A stretch of DNA of 64,000 nucleotides, taken from NCBI GenBank assembly GCA_964498755.1, contig CAZCIB010000005.1:4560-68559 (forward strand), in the 5' to 3' direction. The stretch's first letter is position 1; every line of letters begins with the position of its first letter. The notes below the pieces were generated by a model, which was not told where the DNA came from, did no database searches, and was given only the letters and a program-made list of their open reading frames with translations. Below are positions 22,075-31,495 of the stretch, piece by piece. Source of the DNA: an uncultured Pseudobdellovibrionaceae bacterium (GTDB lineage: Bacteria; Pseudomonadota; Alphaproteobacteria; Micavibrionales; Micavibrionaceae). The position numbers and the translations under genes were made by a program.

Positions 22075-22208
22075 TGCGAGTTGTGAGTTGCGAGTTGTGA
22101 GTTGTGAGTAGCGAGTAGCGAGTAGCGAGTAGCGAGTAGCGAGTAGCGAGTAGCGAGTAGCGAGTTGTGAGTGGTGAGAAGCGAGTAGTGAGTTGTGAGT
22201 TGTGAGTG
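22075..22208. repeat. Heptanucleotide microsatellite (~19 units of GAGTTGT / GAGTAGC) forming the expanded left arm of a family C element
   Basis: Read directly: gcgagtt gtgagtt gcgagtt gtgagtt gtgagta (gcgagta)x6 gcgagtt gtgagtg ... The short complementary arm CAACTCCCAACTCACAACTCACAACTAC is at 22320-22347. Confidence 0.9.
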
Positions 22209-22215
22209 GACAGAA

Positions 22216-22319
22216 CCCCTCACCCACTTCGCTACCGTTTTCCCGTAGAAAAACGAAGCTCCGTTGCCCTCTCCCTAGGGAGAGGGAGGGCCCCATGCGT
22301 AGCATGGGAGGGCGAGGGG
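22216..22319. repeat. Family B nested palindromic element, intergenic copy
   Basis: CCCCTCACCCACTTCGCTACCGTTTTCccgtaGAAAAACGAAGCTCCGTTGCCCTCTCCCtaGGGAGAGGGAGGGCCCCATGCgtaGCATGGGAGGGCGAGGGG. Confidence 0.85.
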
Positions 22320-22343
22320 CAACTCCCAACTCACAACTCACAA

Positions 22344-25244
22344 CTACCCCGTAAACCCGACATGATGCGTGATCGCGGAAGAGACATCCTGAATCATGCG
22401 GTGCATTTTCACGAGCGGGTCGAAAATCCGCGTCTGTTCCTCGGCGTAGATTTCCTTTTCCTCGGCGCTGTAATCGGAGGCTTCGCCGTAATCGGCGGAC
22501 GCGCTCTCATCCGGATGGACCGGAAAAATTTCGCGTAAAAGAATATCGGCCGCCGGGATGTTCAGCTTGTAGACCTGTTTTAAAAGCTGGTTGCGCGAGA
22601 CGTCATGTTGCGGCGAATAATAAGGAATTTCCGTCGCCAGCAGGTAAATCTCCTGGATCAGGCAAAGCCGGACCGCGTGCAGGCAGGCCAGCGCCGTGTG
22701 TTCTTCTTCATTGCAAACGCCGGCGTCCGACTCAAAGCGCTTGAGAATGCTCATATCCGCGTAAATCTTGCGGAAAACGTGCTGGATGTCGACGGAGGGG
22801 CTGATGTGTTCCAGGATTTTGGCGACGCTGCCGCAGCGGCGCGCGTTAACGGGATCGCCGGCGTGCGATTCCCGGATCAGCCAGAACATCGGGTCGAGCG
22901 TATCAATATAGGCTTTCATCACGTCAGCCTGCGATTTGCAAGCCCCGAAGAGCGCGAGCCGCATCAGGGAGCGGAAGCGCGGCGAGTTTTCCTTCATAAA
23001 GCTGTAGAAGGCCGGGTCCGTGCGGACGGCGCTGCCAAGGCCTGAGAACGTATTCACCAGAACGCCCATCTGCGCGAGAACGGCGTTGTGCGGGATGGCC
23101 CGGTATTCGCGCGCCATTGGCGCCTTGTTCTCCGTTTTGGAATAATCGTATTGCCGTTTGGCGGCGCGGCTGCCTGTACCGCGCATGAGGTTCATGCCGA
23201 ACGCGGAGAGCAGGGAGCCGTATTGGGGGCTTTGCATCAGCTCGTCCTGAAACTCCTTGATAATGGTCAGGAATTCGGTAATGCCGGCGCGGTCCTCGTA
23301 ATAGGGATCGCCGGGTTTTTCCTGCGTTTCTTCTGTCCAGTAGCCCAGTATGCGCGTCAGCGCCGCCAGAGACGTTTCCTTTGACATGAAGTAAAGATAC
23401 CCGTCGCCGCCCTGGAAACTGCTTTCCTGGATATAGGGCATATTGCTCTCTTTCAGTTCGGCCAGGAAATGCGGCGGCGTCAGATATTCCATACGCGCGC
23501 GCATGCTCTCGGGATGGCCGCCGCGCCCTGAAGATTCCCCGTGCGTGTCAAAGCACAGCATGGCCGTATCATCCAGCTCGTATTTCACCATCAGTCTGGC
23601 GATACGCTCTTTTAAACGTTCAATAGAGCCCGACGCGGGCGTCTGCCCGATATAGCGGCCTGCGTCAGAGTAACCGGTTTGCAGGCACAGGCGTCCGCGC
23701 GCGCGGGCGTAACTGCGAAATTCAGGAACTTCCAGAAGATGATCGACGATCCGGCTCGCGCGCTTCAGGGCGCGTTCCGTTTCAAAGAGAGGGCAGATAT
23801 CGACGTGGTTTTCAATTCCGAAACGCCGCGCGTAATAAAGCGCGGACATCACCGTGAATGAACTTTCCGTTTCCGCGATCAGAAAGCGGACCGGCGTGTG
23901 GTTGTCAACATGCTGTATGATTTGCTGCATCAGCATGAACAGGCGGATCGCCGAGGCTTCTTCTTCAAGAATATTGCCAAAATGGATATTGCAGGGGCCG
24001 GCCTGGCGGAACTTGCTTAACAGCTTGTCCATATAGGTCTGGCGGAAGCGCGGGTCGGCGGGATGCGTGGTTAATTCGACATATTTGCGGATGGCGTTAT
24101 GGACCTGCGCGGCGTTGATCCTGAAATGGACATGCGCGCGGGATAAGCCGAAGTTTTCCAGCTGCGAGAGCAGTACCAGCAATTCAGTTTTGTCTTCTTC
24201 GTTTTTCGTCTTCTTGACGGCCTTCTCAATAACGTTGATGAGGGGGCCGGGACCAAGCATGCGCGCGTCCCGGCTTGCCATAAGCTCGCGCGAGGCGCGC
24301 TGTAACTTGGGGTGCCCCGGTTCGCGCTCGCCGTCATAAGCGGAAAAGAATTTGTGATGCTCGCGCAAGGGGCGCAGGCTGTTGTCCAGCAGATTCAGCG
24401 CTGGCGCCAGAGCGCTGTCCAGCGTTTCGGACTTTGCGCATAGCAGGGCCAGTTTATTGCGGTAGTATTCCGTCTGCTGGATTTGCAAATCGAGTTTCGC
24501 CGCGAATGTCGCCGTCCAGTTGATATCATTGCGGCCATCGAGGTCGAAGCCGACCCATGTCGCGATCGTGCAGAGCTTCGGGCGGATTTCCGTCCATCTG
24601 TCCGGATAGAGCTCCTGCGCGACGATGAACGCCGTTCTGTAGAGCGTTTCAACGCTGTCATGCAGGTTACCGATGGCCTCGTGCGAGAATTCTTCCTCAT
24701 CGCGCAGGGTCGGCGGCTCGAAATTTATTGCGGCGCTTTTGATCAGGTTGCTAGCGGCTTCGTCTTTTTCGTTCCCGGGCGCGGCGGCGTAATGCGCCAA
24801 TGCGCGGTTAAGCTCGCGAGTCATGCCGAATGTCGGATGCGCCGTAAACACGAAGCCGTAAAAGACCTGTGACAGCGCGGACTGAAACGTTTCAAAATCC
24901 CGTTTTGCGCCGTCATCGAATGCAAGGTTTTCAATGATATCGGATAGAGCCCCGGTATTTTTGCGCGCGTCCGTATCTCCAAGATAGCGGGCCAGCTTCT
25001 CGCCGCGCTTGATCAGGCCGTCTTGCGCCAGCTCTTCGGTTATCCGTTGCAGGTCATCCGTCGAGAGCTGTCCGCTGCGCAACTGGTCGTTCAAGTAAAG
25101 CGACAGGCGCAGGACCGGCGAAATAAAAGGATTGAGTTCCCGCCGCGCAAAATACTCGGCGTATTGCGTCTTGATTCCGTCGAGCAGGGCGGGCGCGGGT
25201 TCAGGGGATTGTTGTTTTATGGGCGTGACGCGTTCTTCGGACAT
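22344..25244 (-). CDS. ppc: Phosphoenolpyruvate carboxylase, divergent form
   Basis: 966 aa. FVFTAHPTF (compare VLTAHPTE), GFDLDGRND (compare GxDRDGNP), GYSDAGRYIG (compare GYSDSxKDAG), THGESSGRGGHP (compare FHGRGGxxGRGGxP), YRAIPHN (compare LRAIPW), and a C-terminal ...FTG. Confidence 0.7.
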   Translation of the reverse strand: MSEERVTPIKQQSPEPAPALLDGIKTQYAEYFARRELNPFISPVLRLSLYLNDQLRSGQLSTDDLQRITEELAQDGLIKRGEKLARYLGDTDARKNTGALSDIIENLAFDDGAKRDFETFQSALSQVFYGFVFTAHPTFGMTRELNRALAHYAAAPGNEKDEAASNLIKSAAINFEPPTLRDEEEFSHEAIGNLHDSVETLYRTAFIVAQELYPDRWTEIRPKLCTIATWVGFDLDGRNDINWTATFAAKLDLQIQQTEYYRNKLALLCAKSETLDSALAPALNLLDNSLRPLREHHKFFSAYDGEREPGHPKLQRASRELMASRDARMLGPGPLINVIEKAVKKTKNEEDKTELLVLLSQLENFGLSRAHVHFRINAAQVHNAIRKYVELTTHPADPRFRQTYMDKLLSKFRQAGPCNIHFGNILEEEASAIRLFMLMQQIIQHVDNHTPVRFLIAETESSFTVMSALYYARRFGIENHVDICPLFETERALKRASRIVDHLLEVPEFRSYARARGRLCLQTGYSDAGRYIGQTPASGSIERLKERIARLMVKYELDDTAMLCFDTHGESSGRGGHPESMRARMEYLTPPHFLAELKESNMPYIQESSFQGGDGYLYFMSKETSLAALTRILGYWTEETQEKPGDPYYEDRAGITEFLTIIKEFQDELMQSPQYGSLLSAFGMNLMRGTGSRAAKRQYDYSKTENKAPMAREYRAIPHNAVLAQMGVLVNTFSGLGSAVRTDPAFYSFMKENSPRFRSLMRLALFGACKSQADVMKAYIDTLDPMFWLIRESHAGDPVNARRCGSVAKILEHISPSVDIQHVFRKIYADMSILKRFESDAGVCNEEEHTALACLHAVRLCLIQEIYLLATEIPYYSPQHDVSRNQLLKQVYKLNIPAADILLREIFPVHPDESASADYGEASDYSAEEKEIYAEEQTRIFDPLVKMHRMIQDVSSAITHHVGFTG

Positions 25245-25284
25245 TGATCTGTTGTGCCGTTTTTGAGAGGGATTTGCAATCAGA

Positions 25285-26172
25285 TTAAACTGCGCGTTTT
25301 AGCGTTTTCTCAGTTATGTCTATTTTTCCTTTTGATCCAACCGGCAAAGGGAACAAATCCTCCCCATGCCCGAACGGGGCGTTCATGATGACCGGAACGT
25401 TCAGACCTGACGTATGTTCGCGGATGATGTCTTCTATCGTAAAACCGAACGGTCGGCCGCTATCGCTCATATTCTTAAACTGCCCGAAGAGCAGGGCGGC
25501 GGCGTTTTTGAGAATACCGGCATGTTTGAAATGGCAGAGCATCCGGTCCATGCGGCTAAGCTCTTCGTTGCAGTCTTCGAAAAACAAAATCGCGCCGTTG
25601 GTATCGGGCATATAATCCGTGCCGATAAGGGCCTGAAACACGCTTAAGTTTCCGCCAAGCAGCGGGCCATGCGCTTCGCCGCCCTTTAGAACATCCGCGT
25701 TATCAAGCGGCAGGGCCGTATCTTCTCCGGCGAGCAGGTCGAGCAAAGTTTGCGCGTCTTTGTGATTGTGGATATTTTTAAAAACGCTGCCATGACAGGC
25801 AATTAAACCTGTTTTTGCATATATTGCATTAAGAAGAGCGGTGACGTCGCTAAAGCCGATGATCTGTTTCGGGTTGTTTTTGATCAGGTCGAAATCAATC
25901 AGGGGGAGCATACGCAAAACCCCGTTGCCGCCGCCGGCCGCCCATATGGCCCTGATTTCCGGGTCTTTTACCAGATCGTGAAAGGCATCCGCTCTCTCTT
26001 GAGCCGTCCCGGCCATCTGGCCGCGCCGCGCGAATGTCTGGGCATGGACGTCAATACGGTAGCCTTGCGATTCCATGAAGGTTTTCGCAAGCTCGATATC
26101 AGGCTTCTCAACGTATCCGCCCGGGGCCATGACGCCGATCAGATTGCCTTTTTGGAGAGGAGCGGGTTTCAT
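25285..26172 (-). CDS. ldcA: LD-carboxypeptidase (peptidase S66, muramoyltetrapeptide carboxypeptidase)
   Basis: 295 aa with IGVMAPGG..., ...IIGFSDVTALLNAIY (Ser nucleophile motif) and ...FGHGE. Confidence 0.8.
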   Translation of the reverse strand: MKPAPLQKGNLIGVMAPGGYVEKPDIELAKTFMESQGYRIDVHAQTFARRGQMAGTAQERADAFHDLVKDPEIRAIWAAGGGNGVLRMLPLIDFDLIKNNPKQIIGFSDVTALLNAIYAKTGLIACHGSVFKNIHNHKDAQTLLDLLAGEDTALPLDNADVLKGGEAHGPLLGGNLSVFQALIGTDYMPDTNGAILFFEDCNEELSRMDRMLCHFKHAGILKNAAALLFGQFKNMSDSGRPFGFTIEDIIREHTSGLNVPVIMNAPFGHGEDLFPLPVGSKGKIDITEKTLKRAV

Positions 26173-26181
26173 GCGGAAATC

Positions 26182-27600
26182 TTACGGCGCTTCTTTCAGA
26201 GACTCAAACGCCGCGAGGGCGTTTTGACGTTCCTGCTTATGATCTACAATCGGATGCGGATACGTCTCCCCGAGCTTAACGCCCGCATCCTCCACAACCT
26301 TTTCTGGAGCTTCCCATGGCGCATGGATATGTTTCGCCGGCATTTCCCCAAGTTCCGGGACAAAGCGGCGCACGTAATCGCCTTCCGGGTCGAACTTCAG
26401 TCCTTGCGTGACCGGGTTGAATACCCGGAAATAGGGCGCGGCGTCCGCCCCGCATCCGGCGATCCACTGCCAGCCCGCGCTGTTATTGGCCAGATCGGCG
26501 TCGACGAGGCAGTCCCAGAACCATTTCTCGCCCTCGCTCCAGTGAATGCGTAAATCCTTTACAAGAAACGAGCCGACAATCATGCGCACGCGGTTATGCA
26601 TCCAGCCCGTTTCCCAGAGCTGGCGCATGCCCGCGTCTACTATTGGGTAGCCGGTAAGGCCTTTCTGCCAGGCCTTCAGCTGTTTTTTGTTCGGCTCCCA
26701 GGGGAAATTTTTAAATTTGTCCTGCATAGGCTCTTCGGGAAAATCGGGGAAATGATGCAGCAGGTTGTAACAAAACTCCCGCCAGTAGATTTCACGCAGA
26801 AAGGGTTCGCTGCGGTCGCCCGTTTCATGCCAGATCTGACGCGGGCCGATTTCTCCGTGATGCAAATGCGGCGACAGGCCGGACGTGAAATCCTTGTCCG
26901 GCCGGTCCCGGCCTGTTTTGTATTGAGAAACGGCGTCCTCAAGGAAGCGGTGAAAACGTTCCTGTGCGCCGCTTTCACCGGGCCGCCAGTATTGTTCGAG
27001 TTTCTTGTCCCAGCGAATTTCAGGCAGAAGGCCCAGTTCATCAATCGTGACGCCGGCGTCGAGTTGCGAAGGGGGGTTCAGCTGATCCGGTTCAGGCAGT
27101 GGTTCCGGCGGTTCGCGCAGCGCAATTCCGGCCTTGTAAAAAGGCGTAAAGACCTTATAGGGCGCGCCATCGTCCTTTTTTACAGTCCACGGCTCCCGGA
27201 TTAGGCCGGCGTTAAAATTCGCCGTCTCAATATTGTTTTCGCCGCACCATTTCAGAACGTCTTTCTCAAGCGCTTGCCGCCAGGGCTCGTAACAACGGTT
27301 CCAGTAAAGCGCGCCTGCTCTGGTTTCCTTGAAGAGACGGGACAGTTGCGCGATCGCGCCGCCCTTGAATACGAGCAGATTGGCGTTCTTTTTTTTCAGG
27401 CTCTTTTGCAAAGCGCGCAGGGAATGATGCAGCCACCAGCGGCTTGCTGCGCCCGGCCGCCAGTCGCCCGCCGCTTCTTCGTCAAGTATGTAGACCGGGA
27501 TAACGGGCCGCCCGGTCTGCGCCGCTTCGTAAAGCGCCGGGTTGTCATAGATACGCAGATCTTGTTGAAACCAGACAATAATAGGAGATGGCTTATTCAT
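26182..27600 (-). CDS. phr: Deoxyribodipyrimidine photolyase / cryptochrome-family protein
   Basis: 472 aa with IVWFQQDLRIYDNPAL and an FAD-binding C-terminus: WREFCYNLL, GWMHNRVRMIVGSFLVKDL, DADLANNSAGWQW. Confidence 0.88.
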   Translation of the reverse strand: MNKPSPIIVWFQQDLRIYDNPALYEAAQTGRPVIPVYILDEEAAGDWRPGAASRWWLHHSLRALQKSLKKKNANLLVFKGGAIAQLSRLFKETRAGALYWNRCYEPWRQALEKDVLKWCGENNIETANFNAGLIREPWTVKKDDGAPYKVFTPFYKAGIALREPPEPLPEPDQLNPPSQLDAGVTIDELGLLPEIRWDKKLEQYWRPGESGAQERFHRFLEDAVSQYKTGRDRPDKDFTSGLSPHLHHGEIGPRQIWHETGDRSEPFLREIYWREFCYNLLHHFPDFPEEPMQDKFKNFPWEPNKKQLKAWQKGLTGYPIVDAGMRQLWETGWMHNRVRMIVGSFLVKDLRIHWSEGEKWFWDCLVDADLANNSAGWQWIAGCGADAAPYFRVFNPVTQGLKFDPEGDYVRRFVPELGEMPAKHIHAPWEAPEKVVEDAGVKLGETYPHPIVDHKQERQNALAAFESLKEAP

Positions 27601-27655
27601 GACAGGAAGTTACGTATGACTCGCCCGTCAGGATCAACCTTGCGGTAAAAAATAA

Positions 27656-28618
27656 TCAGCCGTCCGCCGTTATTTTCTCGATGATTTCCTGCAGGGTTTC
27701 TTCAGCGTTCTGGTTGTCAATCTGACAGGTTCCGGCCGCGTGATGCCCGCCGCCGCCATATTCAAGGCACAGCTTGCCAATGTTGGTTTTGCTGGTGCGG
27801 TTGAGGATCGACTTGCCGATCGCGAATACCGTATTTTGCTTGTTTTTGCCCCATATGACATGACAGGAAATGTTGCATTGCGGGAAGAGCGCGTAAATCA
27901 TGAAGCGGTTCCCGGCCCAGATCGTGTCTTCCTTGCGCAGGTCCAGTACGACGAGATTCTTGTGGACGGTGGCGCAACGCTCTACCTGTTCCCGGAATTT
28001 GAGCTGGTGTTCAAAATAAAGGTCGACGCGCTCTTTAACATCGGGTAATGCAAGGATTTCGTTAATATCCTTATGCGTCCGGCAAAAGTCGATGAGTTGC
28101 ATCATCAGTTGATAGTTCGAGATATTGAAATCGCGGAACCGCCCGAGACCCGTGCGCGAATCCATGATGAAGCTCAAAAGCTCCCAGCCTTGCGGGTTGA
28201 GGATATCCTCTTTGGTAAACTGCGCGGAGTCCGCCTTGTCGACGGCTTCGAGCAATTCATCGCTGATATTGGGAAGGCGGGATTTACCGCCAAAATAACG
28301 GTAGACGACATAAGCCGCCGAAGGCGCGTCGGGGTCGATAACGTGGTTCGGCGGAATTTCGTCAAGGCGCTCAATCTCGCTGGCATGATGGTCAAAGGCG
28401 AGATAGACGCCTTCAACGTAGGGCAGGTTGGTCGTGATGTCATCCGGCCCGATATCAATAATGCCGTCCTGCATGTCTTTCGGATGGGCGAATGAAATCT
28501 CGTCTATCATGCCCAGCTCTTTCAGAATAACGCCGCAGACAAGGCCGTCCATGTCGCTGCGGGTTACAAGGCGGTATTTCTTGTTTTCTTCGGGAAGGAT
28601 TTTCGAATCTGTGGTCAT
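27656..28618 (-). CDS. DHH-family phosphoesterase-like protein
   Basis: 320 aa with N-terminal TRSDMDGLVCG and AFDHH (DHH motif) and a C-terminal GGGHHAAG (DHHA1-like GGGH). Confidence 0.6.
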   Translation of the reverse strand: MTTDSKILPEENKKYRLVTRSDMDGLVCGVILKELGMIDEISFAHPKDMQDGIIDIGPDDITTNLPYVEGVYLAFDHHASEIERLDEIPPNHVIDPDAPSAAYVVYRYFGGKSRLPNISDELLEAVDKADSAQFTKEDILNPQGWELLSFIMDSRTGLGRFRDFNISNYQLMMQLIDFCRTHKDINEILALPDVKERVDLYFEHQLKFREQVERCATVHKNLVVLDLRKEDTIWAGNRFMIYALFPQCNISCHVIWGKNKQNTVFAIGKSILNRTSKTNIGKLCLEYGGGGHHAAGTCQIDNQNAEETLQEIIEKITADG

Positions 28619-28732
28619 GGATGCATCACCCGTATCGTATGTCAGTTTGCGTCTTGAGGTAATTTACAAAGGGTCGCTGAAAAACAGCATAAAAATCATA
28701 GTACGCGGGCGTTAAAAACGAAAGAGCTATTC

Positions 28733-30013
28733 TCAGGCGCTTGCGCCTTCCTTCGCCGTTTTTTTCTTTTTCTTGCTGTCGCTGTGAACAAAGACAGGTT
28801 TTTTGTTTTCCTCAACCGTATCTTTCTCGACCAGCACTTTTTCGACGTCGTCCATATCCGGAATTTCGAACATGGTATCGAGCAGCAGGTTTTCGAGGAT
28901 GGAGCGCAGTCCCCGCGCGCCGGTTTTCCGCTCGATGGCTTTTTGCGCGACGACCTTGAGGGCGTCTTCAGAAAATTCGAGTTCTGTACCCTCAAGCTCA
29001 AACAGGCGTTTGTATTGTTTGACAAGCGCGTTCTTGGGCTCGGTCAGGATCGTAATCAGCGCGTCTTCGTCGAGGTCTTCAAGCGTGGCGACAACGGGCA
29101 GGCGACCGACGAATTCGGGAATCAAGCCAAATTTAAGAAGGTCTTCCGGCTCAAGATCGCGCAATACGTCGCCGGCGCGGCGATCGTCGGGGCTGCGCAC
29201 ATCGGCACCAAAGCCGATCGTCGTGCCGCGCCCGCGCTCGGAAATAATTTTATCAAGCCCTGCAAACGCGCCGCCGCAGATGAAAAGGATATTGGCGGTG
29301 TCGACTTGTAAAAACTCTTGTTGCGGATGCTTGCGCCCGCCCTGCGGCGGAACGGCGGCGATGGTGCCTTCCATCAGTTTAAGCAAAGCCTGTTGCACGC
29401 CCTCGCCGGAGACGTCGCGCGTGATCGACGGGTTGTCGGATTTGCGGGAAATCTTGTCGATTTCGTCAATGTAAACAATGCCTTTTTGCGCGCGCTCGAC
29501 GTTGTAATCGGAGGCCTGCAGAAGTTTGAGAACGATATTCTCGACGTCCTCGCCGACATAGCCTGCCTCGGTCAGAGTCGTCGCGTCGGCCATGGTAAAC
29601 GGCACGTCGAGAATGCGGGCGAGAGTCTGGGCCAGAAGCGTTTTACCGCAACCTGTCGGACCAACGAGCAGGATGTTGGATTTCGCAAGCTCAACTTCGG
29701 CGCCCGCGTCGGCGTCTTCGAGGCGTTTGTAGTGGTTGTGAACAGCGACGGAGAGCACCCGCTTGGCGCGTTCCTGGCCGATGACGTAATCGTCGAGCAC
29801 GGCCTTGATCTCGCCTGGCGTCGGCACGCCGTCGCCGGAGCGCACGATCTGCGTCTTGTCCTCCTCGCGGATAATGTCCATGCACAGCTCAACGCATTCA
29901 TTGCAGATGAACACGTTCGGCCCCGCTATCAGCTTGCGGACTTCGTGCTGGCTCTTGCCGCAGAAAGAGCAGTAAAGGGTGTTTTTGGATTCGCCGCTGC
30001 CGGATTTGCTCAT
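28733..30013 (-). CDS. clpX: ATP-dependent Clp protease ATP-binding subunit ClpX
   Basis: Zinc-binding CSFCGK...CNEC, Walker A GPTGCGKT, and IGF-type loop (TIGFGA). Confidence 0.97.
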   Translation of the reverse strand: MSKSGSGESKNTLYCSFCGKSQHEVRKLIAGPNVFICNECVELCMDIIREEDKTQIVRSGDGVPTPGEIKAVLDDYVIGQERAKRVLSVAVHNHYKRLEDADAGAEVELAKSNILLVGPTGCGKTLLAQTLARILDVPFTMADATTLTEAGYVGEDVENIVLKLLQASDYNVERAQKGIVYIDEIDKISRKSDNPSITRDVSGEGVQQALLKLMEGTIAAVPPQGGRKHPQQEFLQVDTANILFICGGAFAGLDKIISERGRGTTIGFGADVRSPDDRRAGDVLRDLEPEDLLKFGLIPEFVGRLPVVATLEDLDEDALITILTEPKNALVKQYKRLFELEGTELEFSEDALKVVAQKAIERKTGARGLRSILENLLLDTMFEIPDMDDVEKVLVEKDTVEENKKPVFVHSDSKKKKKTAKEGASA

Positions 30014-30216
30014 TTAGGATGTTCTCTTTTCAGATACGCGATTCATTTCATTCCAATCTAGCCAAGGCGCAGGCATATACGCAAGGGCTTATATGAACAA
30101 TCATAGGGACGCATGGCAAAAAAGCAAAGGACTCATTTTTTCATAGTTAAATATTTTTCTTGAGACTTGCCGCGCAGGCGGACATGCGTTACTTCGTCCA
30201 TAACGGGGAAAGACCT

Positions 30217-30621
30217 ATGACGGATTATTCGCTTGCGGAAATACAGGAAACGTTTGAACTCCTCGGCGACTGGGAGGAGCGTTACGCCTATCTGATCGAT
30301 CTCGGGCGGAATCTGCCGACGATGCCGCAGGAGCTCAAAACCGAAGAGACGAAGGTCAAGGGCTGCACCTCGCAGGTCTGGATGGTTCCGAAAGTGGAGG
30401 CGGGGCGTTACAGTTTCCTTGCGGATAGCGACGCCCTCATCGTCAAGGGCCTGATCGGGGTTCTGCTCGCGGCCTATAACGACAAGACGCCGGAGGAAAT
30501 CGGCGCGGTGGATATCGAATCCGCCTTTCAGGAAATGGGCCTTGAACAGCATTTAAGCCCGAACCGCCGCAACGGCTTTTATGCGATGGTCGAGCGGATC
30601 AGGGGTTTTGCGTCAAGTTAG
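30217..30621 (+). CDS. sufE: Cysteine desulfuration protein SufE
   Basis: FELLGDWEERYAYLIDLGRNLP...VKGCTSQVWM is the SufE signature including the active Cys. ATG at 30217 follows GGGGAAAG. Confidence 0.88.
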   Translation: MTDYSLAEIQETFELLGDWEERYAYLIDLGRNLPTMPQELKTEETKVKGCTSQVWMVPKVEAGRYSFLADSDALIVKGLIGVLLAAYNDKTPEEIGAVDIESAFQEMGLEQHLSPNRRNGFYAMVERIRGFASS

Positions 30622-30652
30622 AGCGTTACCCGATTTGATGAAATCGCACCTT

Positions 30653-30719
30653 GTCGCCTCTGCGAAAGCGGAGGCCCAAAGTTACAGAATTTTGGATCCC
30701 CGCCTTCGCGGGGATGACA
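30653..30719. repeat. Family A hairpin doublet
   Basis: GTCGCCTCTGCGAAAGCGGAGGCCC ... GGATCCCCGCCTTCGCGGGGATGAC. Confidence 0.75.
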
Positions 30720-30741
30720 TGGAACCCAAAGGGGGCAGGGG

Positions 30742-31371
30742 TTATTTGTCCTCTTCCTCTTCCTCTTCCTCTTCCGTCTTTTCGTTGTCTGCGTTTTCCT
30801 CGGGCGTTTCGGGCTCCGCGATCCGTATGCTTCCCAGAATATCCGCGAACATGGAATCCGCAGGGTCATGCGTCGCGCCGATCAGTTCGCCTTCAACCGT
30901 AAGGACAGAGTCCTTGCCGATCCAGACCTGCGCGGTATAAATCATCCCGTCGCGCCCTGCCGTGCCTGTGCCGCTGAGCCCGGCGAGTTTTGCGCCCTCC
31001 GATTCAGAAAAATGGATGTTGTATTCCTCGATCATTTCCTTGTCCACAAGGCCGCGCAGCACGGCGATCATGGTTTCGCGGTCGGCGCGTTCGTACATGT
31101 CCGCGCCCGCCGGGTTGCAGGTCACGCGGAAATTCACGGTCGTGCGCATGCCGAATACTTGCGTGTAATTGGTCACGGCGTAGCAGCGGTTTTCTTCCGG
31201 GCATTTGCGGCTCGTGTAAGGCGCTTCCGGGAAGTCGATGGCAAAGCCGCAATTCTCCGGCTGATAGGTATGGGGCAGGGGCGTCGGCTCGCGCGGCGGC
31301 TTTTGCTTGCCTTCCTGGGCATGGGCGGGGAGGGCATATAAAAGAACGAACCAAAGCCACAGGAGCGTCAT
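30742..31371 (-). CDS. Hypothetical secreted protein with poly-Glu C-terminus
   Basis: MTLLWLWFVLLYALPAHA signal peptide; the tail is EKTEEEEEEEEDK. The longer ORF (to 31503) would translate family A repeats, so ATG 31371 is preferred. Confidence 0.55.
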   Translation of the reverse strand: MTLLWLWFVLLYALPAHAQEGKQKPPREPTPLPHTYQPENCGFAIDFPEAPYTSRKCPEENRCYAVTNYTQVFGMRTTVNFRVTCNPAGADMYERADRETMIAVLRGLVDKEMIEEYNIHFSESEGAKLAGLSGTGTAGRDGMIYTAQVWIGKDSVLTVEGELIGATHDPADSMFADILGSIRIAEPETPEENADNEKTEEEEEEEEDK

Positions 31372-31385
31372 GCCCGCCCGCCTTC

Positions 31386-31487
31386 GCGCTTGCGCGCTAT
31401 GGCGCGTAAAAGCTTTATGCGGGCATCCGGACTTCGCTAAAGAAGCTTCGTCCGGCAGGCCGGATACCCGCTCAAGGCGGGTATGAC
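31386..31487. repeat. Family A-type hairpins
   Basis: CCGGACTTCGCTAAAGAAGCTTCGTCCGG and GGATACCCGCTCAAGGCGGGTATGAC. Confidence 0.65.
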
Positions 31488-31495
31488 AGTTTATT

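Noticed and set aside
22075-22208. Tandem repeat array considered as a possible CRISPR array
   Set aside because: The units are 7 nt and directly abutting, with no unique spacers and no cas genes anywhere in the window. It is a microsatellite, not a CRISPR array.
22030-22341. ORFs 22030-22341 and 22038-22223 (minus) and 22206-22538 (plus), with repetitive LATRYSLLATRYS-type translations
   Set aside because: They are translations of the heptanucleotide microsatellite and the family B element, with no independent coding signal.
28733-30013. clpX without adjacent clpP or lon
   Set aside because: Gene order around clpX varies between lineages. The absence of neighbours in this window says nothing about their absence from the genome.
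29318-30061. 247-aa plus-strand ORF
   Set aside because: Antisense shadow of clpX.
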